45,689 bases of DNA from an uncultured Candidatus Saccharibacteria bacterium (GCA_947253405.1 CAMXZF010000001.1:1-45689), one strand, 5' to 3'. Numbered from the stretch's first letter, positions 8,591-17,799 are shown. Program-made: numbers and translations. The notes: generated by a model from the sequence alone, not told the origin.

Positions 8591-8638
8591 GAGAGATTTT
8601 CCCTTTATAGGTAATATAATATATCAAGATTAATAAGT

Positions 8639-8935
8639 TTAAACGAAACACATTAATCCTTTTTTATCGAAAGGGTTATAAATAACAGTCTTCTTGTGAA
8701 GATCGCCATCATTTCCCTTTAACTCTACTTCAAAGTTACAAGTACCGTTTTTAGAATTTCTATTTATTGGAGTAATATCAAGGATACGCTCCACTTTAAT
8801 AGTAAAGTGCTTTTTAGTCACACGCTCTATCAAGTTAAAGCATAGATCTAGACCCATTCCTGGACTTGATTGATAACAAGTATACAAACCAATATCCTCT
8901 ATAGACGGACCGCTTTCGATGTCATAGAACTTCAT
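8639..8935 (-). CDS. Small hypothetical protein, array paralog 4 (98 aa)
   Basis: YDIESGPSIEDIGLYTCYQSS...VIYNPFDKKG; closest to paralog 2. Confidence 0.85.
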   Translation of the reverse strand: MKFYDIESGPSIEDIGLYTCYQSSPGMGLDLCFNLIERVTKKHFTIKVERILDITPINRNSKNGTCNFEVELKGNDGDLHKKTVIYNPFDKKGLMCFV

Positions 8936-8943
8936 TTTTAAAT

Positions 8944-9042
8944 CTCTTTCTAATGTACTTACCAGCTACCCTGGTAATGTGGCGGTATAGATATCTGCAC
9001 TATACTATAAATAGTAATACAATATAACCAGTATATTGTCAA
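8944..9042 (-). promoter_or_regulatory. Promoter plus structured leader, unit 4
   Basis: TTGACA 9042-9037; hairpin A 8983-9007; hairpin B 8959-8977; GTACATTAGAAAGAG. Confidence 0.8.
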
Positions 9043-9061
9043 ATTTGCTATAATACTTAAT

Positions 9062-10267
9062 ATGTTATTTTTCTTGGGGAGACAACCAGAGATTGGCGTC
9101 AGTGAGCTAGAAAGTCTTTTAGATAGCAACCTTAAAAAGATTGCGAAAACCGTTTACTGGGCCGATATTGATGAGTATGCTGCCACAAATTTAATGCCTC
9201 GACTAGGTTCGGTTATTAAGATCGCCAATGAGCTAAATATTCGATCAATAAAAGCGCCGTCTTATGACTTAGACAGCAAATTAGATAGCTTATTTTCGCC
9301 GATTAATGGCAAGCTAACTGTTGGGCTGTCATTTTATGGCGAAAATTTAAAACCTAGCTTAACTAAAAAAATCAAATCAAGCATTATAAAAAATCTAAAA
9401 AAGACTCACTCTTTACGCTTGGTGCCTAATGATAAATTTTCGTTATCATCTGCTTCAGTAATACATAACAAGTTAATTGGTAGTAACCCTAAAAAATGTG
9501 AGCTCAATCTAATCCAAGTTGATAGTGATAAACAGTCGTTTTTGGTCGCTAAAACTATCGCCATTCAAGATATCAAGCGCTACACTTATCGTGATCGCTA
9601 TCGACCAAAACGTGATACTTTTAATGGCATGTTACCACCAAAACTAGCACAAACAATTATTAATCTTGCTAGTGGCCGCTATAAATCAGGCATAACTGAG
9701 GATAAAAAAACACCAGTCATATTGGATCCATTTTGCGGTAGCGGAGTTATATTGCAAGAAGCTGGATTAATGGGTTATAAGACAATCGGCACTGACATTA
9801 ACCCTAAAATGATTGACTATACCAACGAAAATTTAAAATGGCTACAAGAAACTCACCAGATTAACGTTGACTATAGCCTAAAAGTAGGTGATGCTACTAA
9901 TTTTAATTGGCAAAAAGAATTTAACTTAAGAGCAATAGATATCGTTGCAAGCGAACTCTATCTAGGTAGACCATACTCGTCGCCGCCAAAAAAAGATAAT
10001 CTTTTGGCAAACATAGCTAACTGCAATTTGATTGCTAAGGAATTTTTAAAGAATATATACCATCAATTATCAAGTGATTCAATTTTATGTATTGCTGTAC
10101 CCTGCTGGTTTATAGAATCTAATCACGCAGTCAACTCTAAACATCTTAATCTAGTAAATAATTTAGCTCAGCTTGGGTTTAAAGATCTATATCATGGTAA
10201 GCATCTAATTTATCGTCGCCCCAATCAAATTGTTGGCAGAGAACTTTTAGTATTGCGAAAACAGTAA
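9062..10267 (+). CDS. Trm11/UPF0020-like SAM-dependent RNA methyltransferase
   Basis: GMLPPKLAQ and LDPFCGSG (motif I); TGCTATAAT ends 7 nt before the ATG. Confidence 0.75.
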   Translation: MLFFLGRQPEIGVSELESLLDSNLKKIAKTVYWADIDEYAATNLMPRLGSVIKIANELNIRSIKAPSYDLDSKLDSLFSPINGKLTVGLSFYGENLKPSLTKKIKSSIIKNLKKTHSLRLVPNDKFSLSSASVIHNKLIGSNPKKCELNLIQVDSDKQSFLVAKTIAIQDIKRYTYRDRYRPKRDTFNGMLPPKLAQTIINLASGRYKSGITEDKKTPVILDPFCGSGVILQEAGLMGYKTIGTDINPKMIDYTNENLKWLQETHQINVDYSLKVGDATNFNWQKEFNLRAIDIVASELYLGRPYSSPPKKDNLLANIANCNLIAKEFLKNIYHQLSSDSILCIAVPCWFIESNHAVNSKHLNLVNNLAQLGFKDLYHGKHLIYRRPNQIVGRELLVLRKQ

Positions 10268-10313
10268 AAACATGTATAATATTAATCTGAAGTAGAAAAA
10301 GGAGTTTTTAACT

Positions 10314-10586
10314 ATGTCCCATGTTAAAGCAGGTGGTTCAGCCAAAAATATCCACAACAATGCGGGTCATCGTTTAGGTGTAAAACGCTTCGGCGGACAA
10401 AAAGTTCGCGCCGGTGAAGTTTTAGTGCGTCAAGTTGGTGCTACTAAAATAGCTGGTCCTGGTACATATACTAGTCGTAATTTTACTATTCATGCTGAAA
10501 AAGATGGCGTTGTTAAATTTGTAAAGCGCAAAGTTCGCACCTTTACCGGTAAGACCGTTAATCGCACTCAAGTGTCGGTTGAATAA
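10314..10586 (+). CDS. rpmA: 50S ribosomal protein L27
   Basis: MSHVKAGGS...RLGVKRFGGQ; SD AAGGAG. Confidence 0.97.
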   Translation: MSHVKAGGSAKNIHNNAGHRLGVKRFGGQKVRAGEVLVRQVGATKIAGPGTYTSRNFTIHAEKDGVVKFVKRKVRTFTGKTVNRTQVSVE

Positions 10587-10601
10587 ATCGCCTAATAACT
10601 T

Positions 10602-10637
10602 AAAAATAGCCCTTCTTGTGTTAGTCGGGCTATTTTT
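10602..10637. terminator. Bidirectional terminator between convergent genes
   Basis: AAAAATAGCCC-N14-GGGCTATTTTT. Confidence 0.65.
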
Positions 10638-11502
10638 TTATATTTTCTAAGTTTTCGTCTAAAATTCGATTGACTAAGCTATCAGCTAGGCTGTTATATT
10701 CACGATGAATGTGGCGGAAAATGATACGCTTAAAATTAAATAAAAGCTTAATTATGCGATCATGTACATCGCGAAACTCTTCGTTCTTAACTTTAAATAA
10801 ACCATTAATTTGATTTACGACCATTAGGCTATCGCTATAATACTCGACATGTTGTGCGCCAAGTTCGATTGCTTTTTTTAGCGCCATTTCCACCGCCAAA
10901 TATTCCGCCATACCACTATCGCTAACTCCAAGGAACTTACCGCCCTGCTCAATTAAATTACCATCCTTATCAGTAATTATATAAGCTGAAGCTGAGGGGC
11001 CAGGGTTACCACGTGAACCACCGTCTGAATGAATAATAAAAACAGGTATCTTGTCTGTAAGCTTGTTTTTATCTTTAATTAAGTCTGGATGCTCCTCAAG
11101 GTTACTACCTAAACCGAGCAAGATTGCGGTAGAATTTGTAACCGCCCCAATTGGTATATCATTAAGATCGCGAAAACGATAGCGATCATATTCGTCGTCC
11201 AAGGTTATGCGTGGCGACCCAAGTGGTAAGCGTACGCTAAAAATAATAAATAGATACTGTAAATTACGATCATCGGGATCAATAAAACTAACTACGTCAC
11301 GCAGCTTATAACTACCTGGTTCAATACCAACATGAATTTGCAAACTACGCTTTAAAGCATCAACCGGCTGCTCACCGGCATGCAAAGAACCGCCGGGCAA
11401 TTCATATTTGCCAGCAATAGACTGTCGCCCACCGTGTCGTCTAATTAATAGAATGCGGTCGTGATGATATACTACCGCTCGTATAACTACCTTTTGCCTC
11501 AT
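10630..11502 (-). CDS. Nudix-like domain fused to RNase HI (archaeal/Gram-positive-like type)
   Basis: N-terminal ELPGG Nudix-like box; C-terminal SDGGSRGNPG, AEY, SDS, NSLAD; start placed at ATG 11502. Confidence 0.85.
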   Translation of the reverse strand: MRQKVVIRAVVYHHDRILLIRRHGGRQSIAGKYELPGGSLHAGEQPVDALKRSLQIHVGIEPGSYKLRDVVSFIDPDDRNLQYLFIIFSVRLPLGSPRITLDDEYDRYRFRDLNDIPIGAVTNSTAILLGLGSNLEEHPDLIKDKNKLTDKIPVFIIHSDGGSRGNPGPSASAYIITDKDGNLIEQGGKFLGVSDSGMAEYLAVEMALKKAIELGAQHVEYYSDSLMVVNQINGLFKVKNEEFRDVHDRIIKLLFNFKRIIFRHIHREYNSLADSLVNRILDENLENIKK

Positions 11503-11666
11503 ACCCACCAAAAATAAAGTCAAATATCCTATAGGATGTTAAACAATAGAATTCCCCGAAAATCCAGGTGGGTGTTCGCAACGTGTCACCACGATGGCAC
11601 ATCATATAAAACTCCCATTCTATTCTGTGTTAGGAAATTAAAATTACATCCTATAGGACACTATAA

Positions 11667-12329
11667 TTATAACATAAAGCCAGTTAAAACAGAGCCAATT
11701 GCGTCGAACCCAGACAGTATCGCAAAGTTTATAGCAAAGATAATTTTAGAGATTATCGGGCTAGCAAATAAGACAACAGCAAACACTATTACTAAACCCA
11801 TACGCTCAATAAACTCCATAGCCCGTTGTACCGGGTTTGGCGCCACTGCATAAAGAACGCGCGATCCATCAAGCGGTGGGATCGGTAAAATATTAAAGGC
11901 GAAAAAGCCCAAGTTTACGGTCACGGAATATTCAAAAATAGTCTTAATAATGCTATCACCTAGTTGACCATGAAAGAATAGTAAGAAAAGGTAACTAATA
12001 AAAGCTAAAACTAAATTAGTTAATGGCCCAACTATACCAACTAAGGCTGCGCCCCACTCCGCCCCTTTTACTCTATTGGGATTAAATGGGACTGGCTTTG
12101 CGCCACCAAAAATTGGCATACCCGTAACTGCCATAATCATTGGTAATATCACTGTTAAAAATGGATCAATATGCTTAATGGGGTTAAGTGTTAATCGACC
12201 ACTATCTTTTGCTGTACTGTCACCCAAAAGATAAGCTGTGACTCCGTGCATTAGCTCGTGTAACACCATTGAAACAATCGTGACACCAAATACAATTGCA
12301 AGTGTTATTAAAATTGTTTCTATATCCAT
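11667..12329 (-). CDS. Site-2 protease (M50 family)
   Basis: HELMH and NILPIPPLDG motifs. Confidence 0.92.
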   Translation of the reverse strand: MDIETILITLAIVFGVTIVSMVLHELMHGVTAYLLGDSTAKDSGRLTLNPIKHIDPFLTVILPMIMAVTGMPIFGGAKPVPFNPNRVKGAEWGAALVGIVGPLTNLVLAFISYLFLLFFHGQLGDSIIKTIFEYSVTVNLGFFAFNILPIPPLDGSRVLYAVAPNPVQRAMEFIERMGLVIVFAVVLFASPIISKIIFAINFAILSGFDAIGSVLTGFML

Positions 12330-12377
12330 TTTAAATATTATAGCACTAGAATACTCCCGTTGCTTACCCCTATCAAT

Positions 12378-12406
12378 TTGACACTGCCGTCAAAAAACAC
12401 TATAAT
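12378..12406 (+). promoter_or_regulatory. Consensus sigma70 promoter of rpmB
   Basis: TTGACA-17 nt-TATAAT. Confidence 0.85.
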
Positions 12407-12441
12407 TTAGCTAATTAATTTGAATAGGAGATATTTTAACT

Positions 12442-12651
12442 ATGGCAAGAGATCAGATTACCGGCAAGGGTCCGATCAGTGGCAACAACGTCAGCTTTTC
12501 GATGCGCCACACTAAACGCACCTTTAAGCCAAACTTACAGAAAAAAACTTTTTATATTAATGGCGAAAAAGTTAAATTATTGGTAGCTGCTAGCACAATT
12601 AAGACTCTTAAGAAAAAAGGGTTCTCTACCACTAAACCAGCCACTAAATAA
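12442..12651 (+). CDS. rpmB: 50S ribosomal protein L28
   Basis: [12 protein letters not shown]...[10 protein letters not shown]. Confidence 0.96.
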   Translation: MARDQITGKGPISGNNVSFSMRHTKRTFKPNLQKKTFYINGEKVKLLVAASTIKTLKKKGFSTTKPATK

Positions 12652-12663
12652 ATTAGTTATTAC

Positions 12664-13713
12664 TTAAATAATAATACCGCCACCTAAAACTGTATCGCCA
12701 TCATATAAAACTGCCGATTGGCCACTAGCGATGACTCGTTCAGGTTCGTCAATGTGGATATTGGCGGTATTTTTGTCTATTGATTTATAAATAGCCTTAA
12801 ACAACTTACCACGATGGCGCAAGCGAACCTTATATTCCTTACCATCTATTGGTGGAAAATTAATCCAAGAAAGACTGGTAATCGTAAAATCCTGTCGCCA
12901 AAACACATCATCATTAATATCGCGACTAACATAGACAATGTTTTTAGCCATATCTTTACCAACCACATAATATGGCAAGCCGCCACCAACGTCTAAACCA
13001 TGACGCTGCCCCAAAGTATAAAAAAGAGCGCCATCATGTTTGCCAATAACCGATCCCGACAATTTATCCACTATATCGCCAGGACTAGTTTTGACATACT
13101 GTGATAGAAAGTCCTTTATACCAACCGTACCGACAAAACAAATTCCTTGGGAATCCTTTTTTCTAGCAGTTTTTAAGCCTAGACTTTCGGCCATTTGTCG
13201 CACATCTTCTTTAGAGCTATATTCACCAATTGGAAATATGGCTCGACTAACCGCCTCGCTACTGATACGATAAAGAAAATAAGTCTGATCTTTGTCAAAA
13301 TTTTTTGACATTAATAAATTTGTACCACTTGACCTAGCATAATGACCCGTAGCAATTTTATCTGCACCACTTTTTTTAGCAATATCTAAAAACAGACCAA
13401 ACTTTACCATTTGATTACACATGATATCGGGATTGGGCGTAAGCCCCCTGCTATATTCTTTGATCATATAATCAACGACTAATTTTTTATAGTCTTTTTG
13501 AAAATCAACTACTTTAAAAGGTATATTTAAATGAACGGCGACCCTTTTGGCGTCAGATAAATCTTCTGCCCATGGGCAACGCATTCCCGGTAAATCATTG
13601 GTCCAGTTTTTCATATAAACACCCGTCACATCATAGCCCTGCTGAACCAAAAGACTAGCCGCTAAGGATGAGTCGACCCCACCAGACATACCAACATAAA
13701 CTTTTTGTGCCAT
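12664..13713 (-). CDS. mnmA: tRNA 2-thiouridine(34) synthase
   Basis: SGGVDS, TPNPDIMCN, KDQTYFL, DSQGICF. Confidence 0.97.
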   Translation of the reverse strand: MAQKVYVGMSGGVDSSLAASLLVQQGYDVTGVYMKNWTNDLPGMRCPWAEDLSDAKRVAVHLNIPFKVVDFQKDYKKLVVDYMIKEYSRGLTPNPDIMCNQMVKFGLFLDIAKKSGADKIATGHYARSSGTNLLMSKNFDKDQTYFLYRISSEAVSRAIFPIGEYSSKEDVRQMAESLGLKTARKKDSQGICFVGTVGIKDFLSQYVKTSPGDIVDKLSGSVIGKHDGALFYTLGQRHGLDVGGGLPYYVVGKDMAKNIVYVSRDINDDVFWRQDFTITSLSWINFPPIDGKEYKVRLRHRGKLFKAIYKSIDKNTANIHIDEPERVIASGQSAVLYDGDTVLGGGIII

Positions 13714-13714
13714 C

Positions 13715-14314
13715 TTAGAAAATCATTTCTATATTACCGGCTAACTCTGATATAGCCAGCCACCAACCACTAGGTTTTAAAAACCACAAATGCCACATTT
13801 GGTCGGCTGGTGCTGTAGTGCGGAAATTAATATTATCTTTATTAACCTTTTCAAAATTATTAAGTACTCGTCTTAAATGATACGGACTACTAACTAATAT
13901 TACGTCTTTAGCTCCTAGCTCTTTCAAAATTCTATAGGTATTAGTAGCATTTTCTTTGGTGTTCTTGCTAACCCCTTCTACGATAATATCGCTAGATTTG
14001 ACGCCGTAACTAATAGCAAAACGTCGCATATTTTCAGCGTCCGACAAAGAATTAGGGTCAGCCGAATCACCGCTAAATATAATTTTTTTAGCCCAACCAA
14101 GCTTTTGCAGATCAACCGCTTTTTTAGCTCTTAAGGCAGTATTGCCCCCGCTAACCGCCACGATATAATCAGCCTGCTGACAATTGTTGCTTCCATCTGG
14201 ATTAGCTTGACAATTAGTTAAACTATCAGGCGCCAAATACAAACTTACAGCTATAACAAATATAACCACTATAACAAAGCAGCTAAATATAATTGACGGT
14301 ATTTTAAGCATCAT
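13715..14314 (-). CDS. DUF218 (YdcF/ElyC-like) protein
   Basis: N-terminal TM, VSGG, FSG, SKNTKENA, SSPYHLRR. Confidence 0.85.
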   Translation of the reverse strand: MMLKIPSIIFSCFVIVVIFVIAVSLYLAPDSLTNCQANPDGSNNCQQADYIVAVSGGNTALRAKKAVDLQKLGWAKKIIFSGDSADPNSLSDAENMRRFAISYGVKSSDIIVEGVSKNTKENATNTYRILKELGAKDVILVSSPYHLRRVLNNFEKVNKDNINFRTTAPADQMWHLWFLKPSGWWLAISELAGNIEMIF

Positions 14315-15455
14315 CTACCCCAAAATCTAGCTGAGCTAAAATAGACTCAGCTATTAAATGACTAGCTTTTTTAATATCATCTTCTTTGGTGAATCGGCCA
14401 AAAGATAATCGGATTGAACCATCAACTAATTCATTACTTAAACCTAAAGCTAGTAGCACATGGCTACGCAAACCCTTATTGGCGGCACAAGCTGAACCAG
14501 TTGCTACCATTACACCAACTTCATCTAAGGCAAATAAAACTCTTTCGCCATCGACTGAAGGATAGGATATATTCAAAATGTTTGGCGCATTATGTTTAGT
14601 GTTTTCATTAAAAACTAATTTATCACCTAAATCATTTACTAAGATTTTTTTTGCTAGATTACGCAAACTAGATAAGCGTTTCAACTCAGACTTTCTAGTG
14701 TTATCAGCTAAAGTCAAGGCTTTTGCAAACCCAACTGCACCAGCAACATTTTCTGTGCCACTTCTAATTCCCATTTCTTGACCGCCGCCGCTAATTAATG
14801 GTTTAAGCTTTACACCAGCCCTGGCATAAAGTAACCCCACCTGTTTCGGCCCATAGCACTTTGAAGCGTTAAGCGTCATTAGGTCAACGCCTAAGCGCGC
14901 CACATTTAAATCAACTAACCCTGCTCCTTGAGAGGCGTCAACATGTAATAGTAACGGCAAGCTAATATTTCTACTAACTCTATCTGATCTAATAGATTTC
15001 ACTAAGTTACTTACAGCTTTTATGTCTTGAATAATACCAGTTTCACTATTTACGTAGCCAATCGAAATAAGCTCTGTCTGATCAGCTATTGAAGCGCCTA
15101 ATTTTCCAATGTCAATCAATCCATTAGGCTCAACTGCTAACACCTTACCGCCCCTAGCTTTTGCTGACGCAAGTACCGCTGGATGTTCAACGTTAGTAGT
15201 TAACATGTCGCCAGCAAAAGAATTAACCGCAATATTAATTGACTCTGTGGCACCAGCAGTTAAGATAATTTCAGCCGGACGTGCACCAATAATTTGCGCT
15301 AAATTGTGGCGCGCTGATTCTAAGTCAGCATGAACTTTTTTCGCCAAAAAATATGACGCCGAAGGGTTGAAGAACAAATCACTATAATAGGGTTCCATGG
15401 CTTCTTTAACCCTTTTATCTATGGGTGTTGCTGCTGCATAATCAAGATAGATCAT
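14304..15455 (-). CDS. iscS: Cysteine desulfurase (IscS/NifS type)
   Basis: YLDYAAATP, VDASQ, SKCYGPK, GSAC. Confidence 0.92.
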   Translation of the reverse strand: MIYLDYAAATPIDKRVKEAMEPYYSDLFFNPSASYFLAKKVHADLESARHNLAQIIGARPAEIILTAGATESINIAVNSFAGDMLTTNVEHPAVLASAKARGGKVLAVEPNGLIDIGKLGASIADQTELISIGYVNSETGIIQDIKAVSNLVKSIRSDRVSRNISLPLLLHVDASQGAGLVDLNVARLGVDLMTLNASKCYGPKQVGLLYARAGVKLKPLISGGGQEMGIRSGTENVAGAVGFAKALTLADNTRKSELKRLSSLRNLAKKILVNDLGDKLVFNENTKHNAPNILNISYPSVDGERVLFALDEVGVMVATGSACAANKGLRSHVLLALGLSNELVDGSIRLSFGRFTKEDDIKKASHLIAESILAQLDFGVDDA

Positions 15456-16245
15456 AAACCGCCTTAGTGTTTTTTGTTGTCACTTGCGCCACTTCGCTAG
15501 GGTCAAGATTTAGGGTTTTAGCCACAGATTCAGCAATTAAAGGTATCATTTTAGGCTGATTAGCCTGTCCTCTATATGGTTTAGGGGTCAAGTAAGGTGC
15601 ATCAGTTTCAAGCACTAATCGATCTTTTGGTATAGCCTTATAAACGTTAGCTAACTCTTCATCTCGATTAAATGTAATTATGCCATTTACGCCAATATAT
15701 AAACCTTGATCTAAAACTTTACGTAGATTATTCATATTGTCAGTAAAAGAGTGTAGCACACCCCTTACCTTACCGGAAAAGTTTTTTAATATGGGAATTA
15801 AATCCAAAAAAGCATCACGCCCGCGACCAGAGCGAACATGTAATGATACCGGCAAATCAAGTTCAGTCGCTAACTGCAACTGCATTTCTAGTGCCTTAAT
15901 TTGTTCATCGCGAAAATTATAATCGTAAAAATAATCTAGTCCAATTTCGCCAACACCCTTAACTTGCTCGGGATTTTTAATAATGGATTTTTTTAATCGC
16001 TCTAAATCTTTAAGGTCAAAACCCCCTAACTCGTGTGGATGTACACCCAAAAAAGTGTATAGGTTTAGCTTAGGAAAATCAGCTTGACCAGCCTTAACAT
16101 AATCAATCGCTAAAGGAACTTCCTTGATTGATCCAGTCATCGTAACAATTATGTTTACACCAGCTTCACTGGCCGCGCCTAAAACCTCGTTTCTAGCAAA
16201 CGGAAAATCATCATCATGAATGTGTGTATGGCTATCAGCAAACAT
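15442..16245 (-). CDS. tatD: TatD-family nuclease
   Basis: DSHTH, GVHP, GEIGLDY, ETDAPY. Confidence 0.95.
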   Translation of the reverse strand: MFADSHTHIHDDDFPFARNEVLGAASEAGVNIIVTMTGSIKEVPLAIDYVKAGQADFPKLNLYTFLGVHPHELGGFDLKDLERLKKSIIKNPEQVKGVGEIGLDYFYDYNFRDEQIKALEMQLQLATELDLPVSLHVRSGRGRDAFLDLIPILKNFSGKVRGVLHSFTDNMNNLRKVLDQGLYIGVNGIITFNRDEELANVYKAIPKDRLVLETDAPYLTPKPYRGQANQPKMIPLIAESVAKTLNLDPSEVAQVTTKNTKAVYDLS

Positions 16246-16248
16246 TAA

Positions 16249-17781
16249 TTATTCCCCTAGCTCAATTTTAGGAAATAAAATTGGCGTATTTTTAGCTACT
16301 TGACTGCCCTCAAATATATCCTCAACCTTGCTGGCGGTATCTGGTAGAAAAGGCGATAAATACTGATTTACGTGCTTAATGTCATTCACTAAAGTAGAAA
16401 AGATTGCCTGCAACCGATCGGCCTTTTCTTTAGCGTCATCTAATTTATTAACCTGCCATGGCGCCATCCGTTCAATATATTGATTAAGGCTTCTAATATA
16501 TTTAAAACAAGCTGTAATTGCGGTATTCAAGTCTAGACCATTCATTGAAACTTTATACATACTGTCTAGCGTCTCAGTTGCGTCGCTCATTTCATTAATC
16601 TCATTAAGACCACTCAGATCGCCCGCTAAGTATTTTCTAATCATTGCACTGACTCTTGATATTAAGTTGCCATAATCATTAGCCAACTCATTATTATAAG
16701 CTTCATTAAATTTAGCAAAAGTAAAATCACCATCGTCAAAAGTTGGCACATGGCTAGTAAAGTAATAACGAAAAGCATCAGCACCATAACGATCAATGAT
16801 ATCTATCGGGCTAACAACATTACCGAGTGATTTACTCATCTTAGCGCCATTTACATTGATAAAGCCGTGCACTAATAATTTTTTAGGCAATTCCAAACCT
16901 AAAGCTAAAAGCATGGCTGGCCAAATAATGGCATGAAAACGCAAGATATCTTTACCGACAATCTCGATTTGAGCTGGCCAATAGTCTTTATGCCAATCAT
17001 CATCGGGATAATTCAAAGCCGTTAAATAATTAGACAAGGCATCTACCCAAACATACATCACCTGACTGTCGTCACCCGGTACTGGCACACCCCACGTTAA
17101 TTTACTTTTAGGGCGCGAAATTGATACATCTTTAGCTTCATCTTCTATTAAGCCTAAAAGTTCACGTCCACGAAATTCAGGAATGACTGATGATTTTATA
17201 AACTCTTTAATTTGGCTAGTAAACTTTGAAACTTTAAGATAATAGTTTTCCTCTTTCAGTCGCTCAAGTGGCTTTTTGTGATCAGCACAAATATAGTCCA
17301 TATCATGCGCTTCAGTTTCGGTTATAAAGGCTTCACAACCGCTACAATACCAACCTTCATAACTATCTTTATAGATAACACCGGCTTGATCAAGCTTTTG
17401 CCAAATAGCCTGAACTCTAGACACATGACCTGGATCAGAAGTTCTAACGTTAACAATACTCTGCTGATCAAGCGACTGAAATTTCAGCGGCTGATGAACC
17501 TGATCAATAGGAGCACAAAAATTTAAATTCAAAGCTTGTCGCATTTTTTGAAATTCAGGCTGCAACTTGTCAACAAATGCCTGTGGCGACAAGCCTAAGC
17601 TTTCAGCCTTTTTTTCTACCTTACTACCGTGCTCATCTGTACCAATAGAAAGCAAAACTTTATAACCGCGCTGTTTTTGATAGCGCAAAATAACATCGCC
17701 TAATAAATAATCAATGGCAGTACCAATATGTGGACTCGCATTGGCATACGGTATAGCAGTAGTTAGATAGAATTTATCCAT
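16249..17781 (-). CDS. metG: Methionine-tRNA ligase (short form)
   Basis: YANASPHIGT, GTDEHG, YVWVDAL, GKDILRFH, KMSKS. Confidence 0.96.
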   Translation of the reverse strand: MDKFYLTTAIPYANASPHIGTAIDYLLGDVILRYQKQRGYKVLLSIGTDEHGSKVEKKAESLGLSPQAFVDKLQPEFQKMRQALNLNFCAPIDQVHQPLKFQSLDQQSIVNVRTSDPGHVSRVQAIWQKLDQAGVIYKDSYEGWYCSGCEAFITETEAHDMDYICADHKKPLERLKEENYYLKVSKFTSQIKEFIKSSVIPEFRGRELLGLIEDEAKDVSISRPKSKLTWGVPVPGDDSQVMYVWVDALSNYLTALNYPDDDWHKDYWPAQIEIVGKDILRFHAIIWPAMLLALGLELPKKLLVHGFINVNGAKMSKSLGNVVSPIDIIDRYGADAFRYYFTSHVPTFDDGDFTFAKFNEAYNNELANDYGNLISRVSAMIRKYLAGDLSGLNEINEMSDATETLDSMYKVSMNGLDLNTAITACFKYIRSLNQYIERMAPWQVNKLDDAKEKADRLQAIFSTLVNDIKHVNQYLSPFLPDTASKVEDIFEGSQVAKNTPILFPKIELGE

Positions 17782-17799
17782 GCTATATATCTTAACACA

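Larger units (their letters stand above)
6628..9042 (-). repeat. Tandem array of four promoter-leader-ORF-terminator units (~6628-7208, 7280-7818, 7860-8477, 8548-9042)
   Basis: Four copies each of a 32-bp terminator hairpin and a ~95-bp promoter/leader block (offsets 0, +610, +1269, +1842) flanking paralogous ORFs. Confidence 0.93.

Noticed and set aside
6707..8935. Diversity-generating retroelement
   Set aside because: No reverse transcriptase and no TR/VR pair differing only at adenines.
6628..9042. Integron cassette array
   Set aside because: No integrase in the window, hairpins lack attC-type ends and extrahelical bases, and each unit has its own promoter.
6606..9057. 13-bp inverted repeats as transposon ends
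   Set aside because: Both are explained as TGCTATAAT promoters of the flanking genes; no transposase or target duplication seen.
12340..12366. Weak CIRCE-like match upstream of the M50 protease
   Set aside because: Right arm matches only 5/9, and the left arm is explained by the TGCTATAAT promoter.
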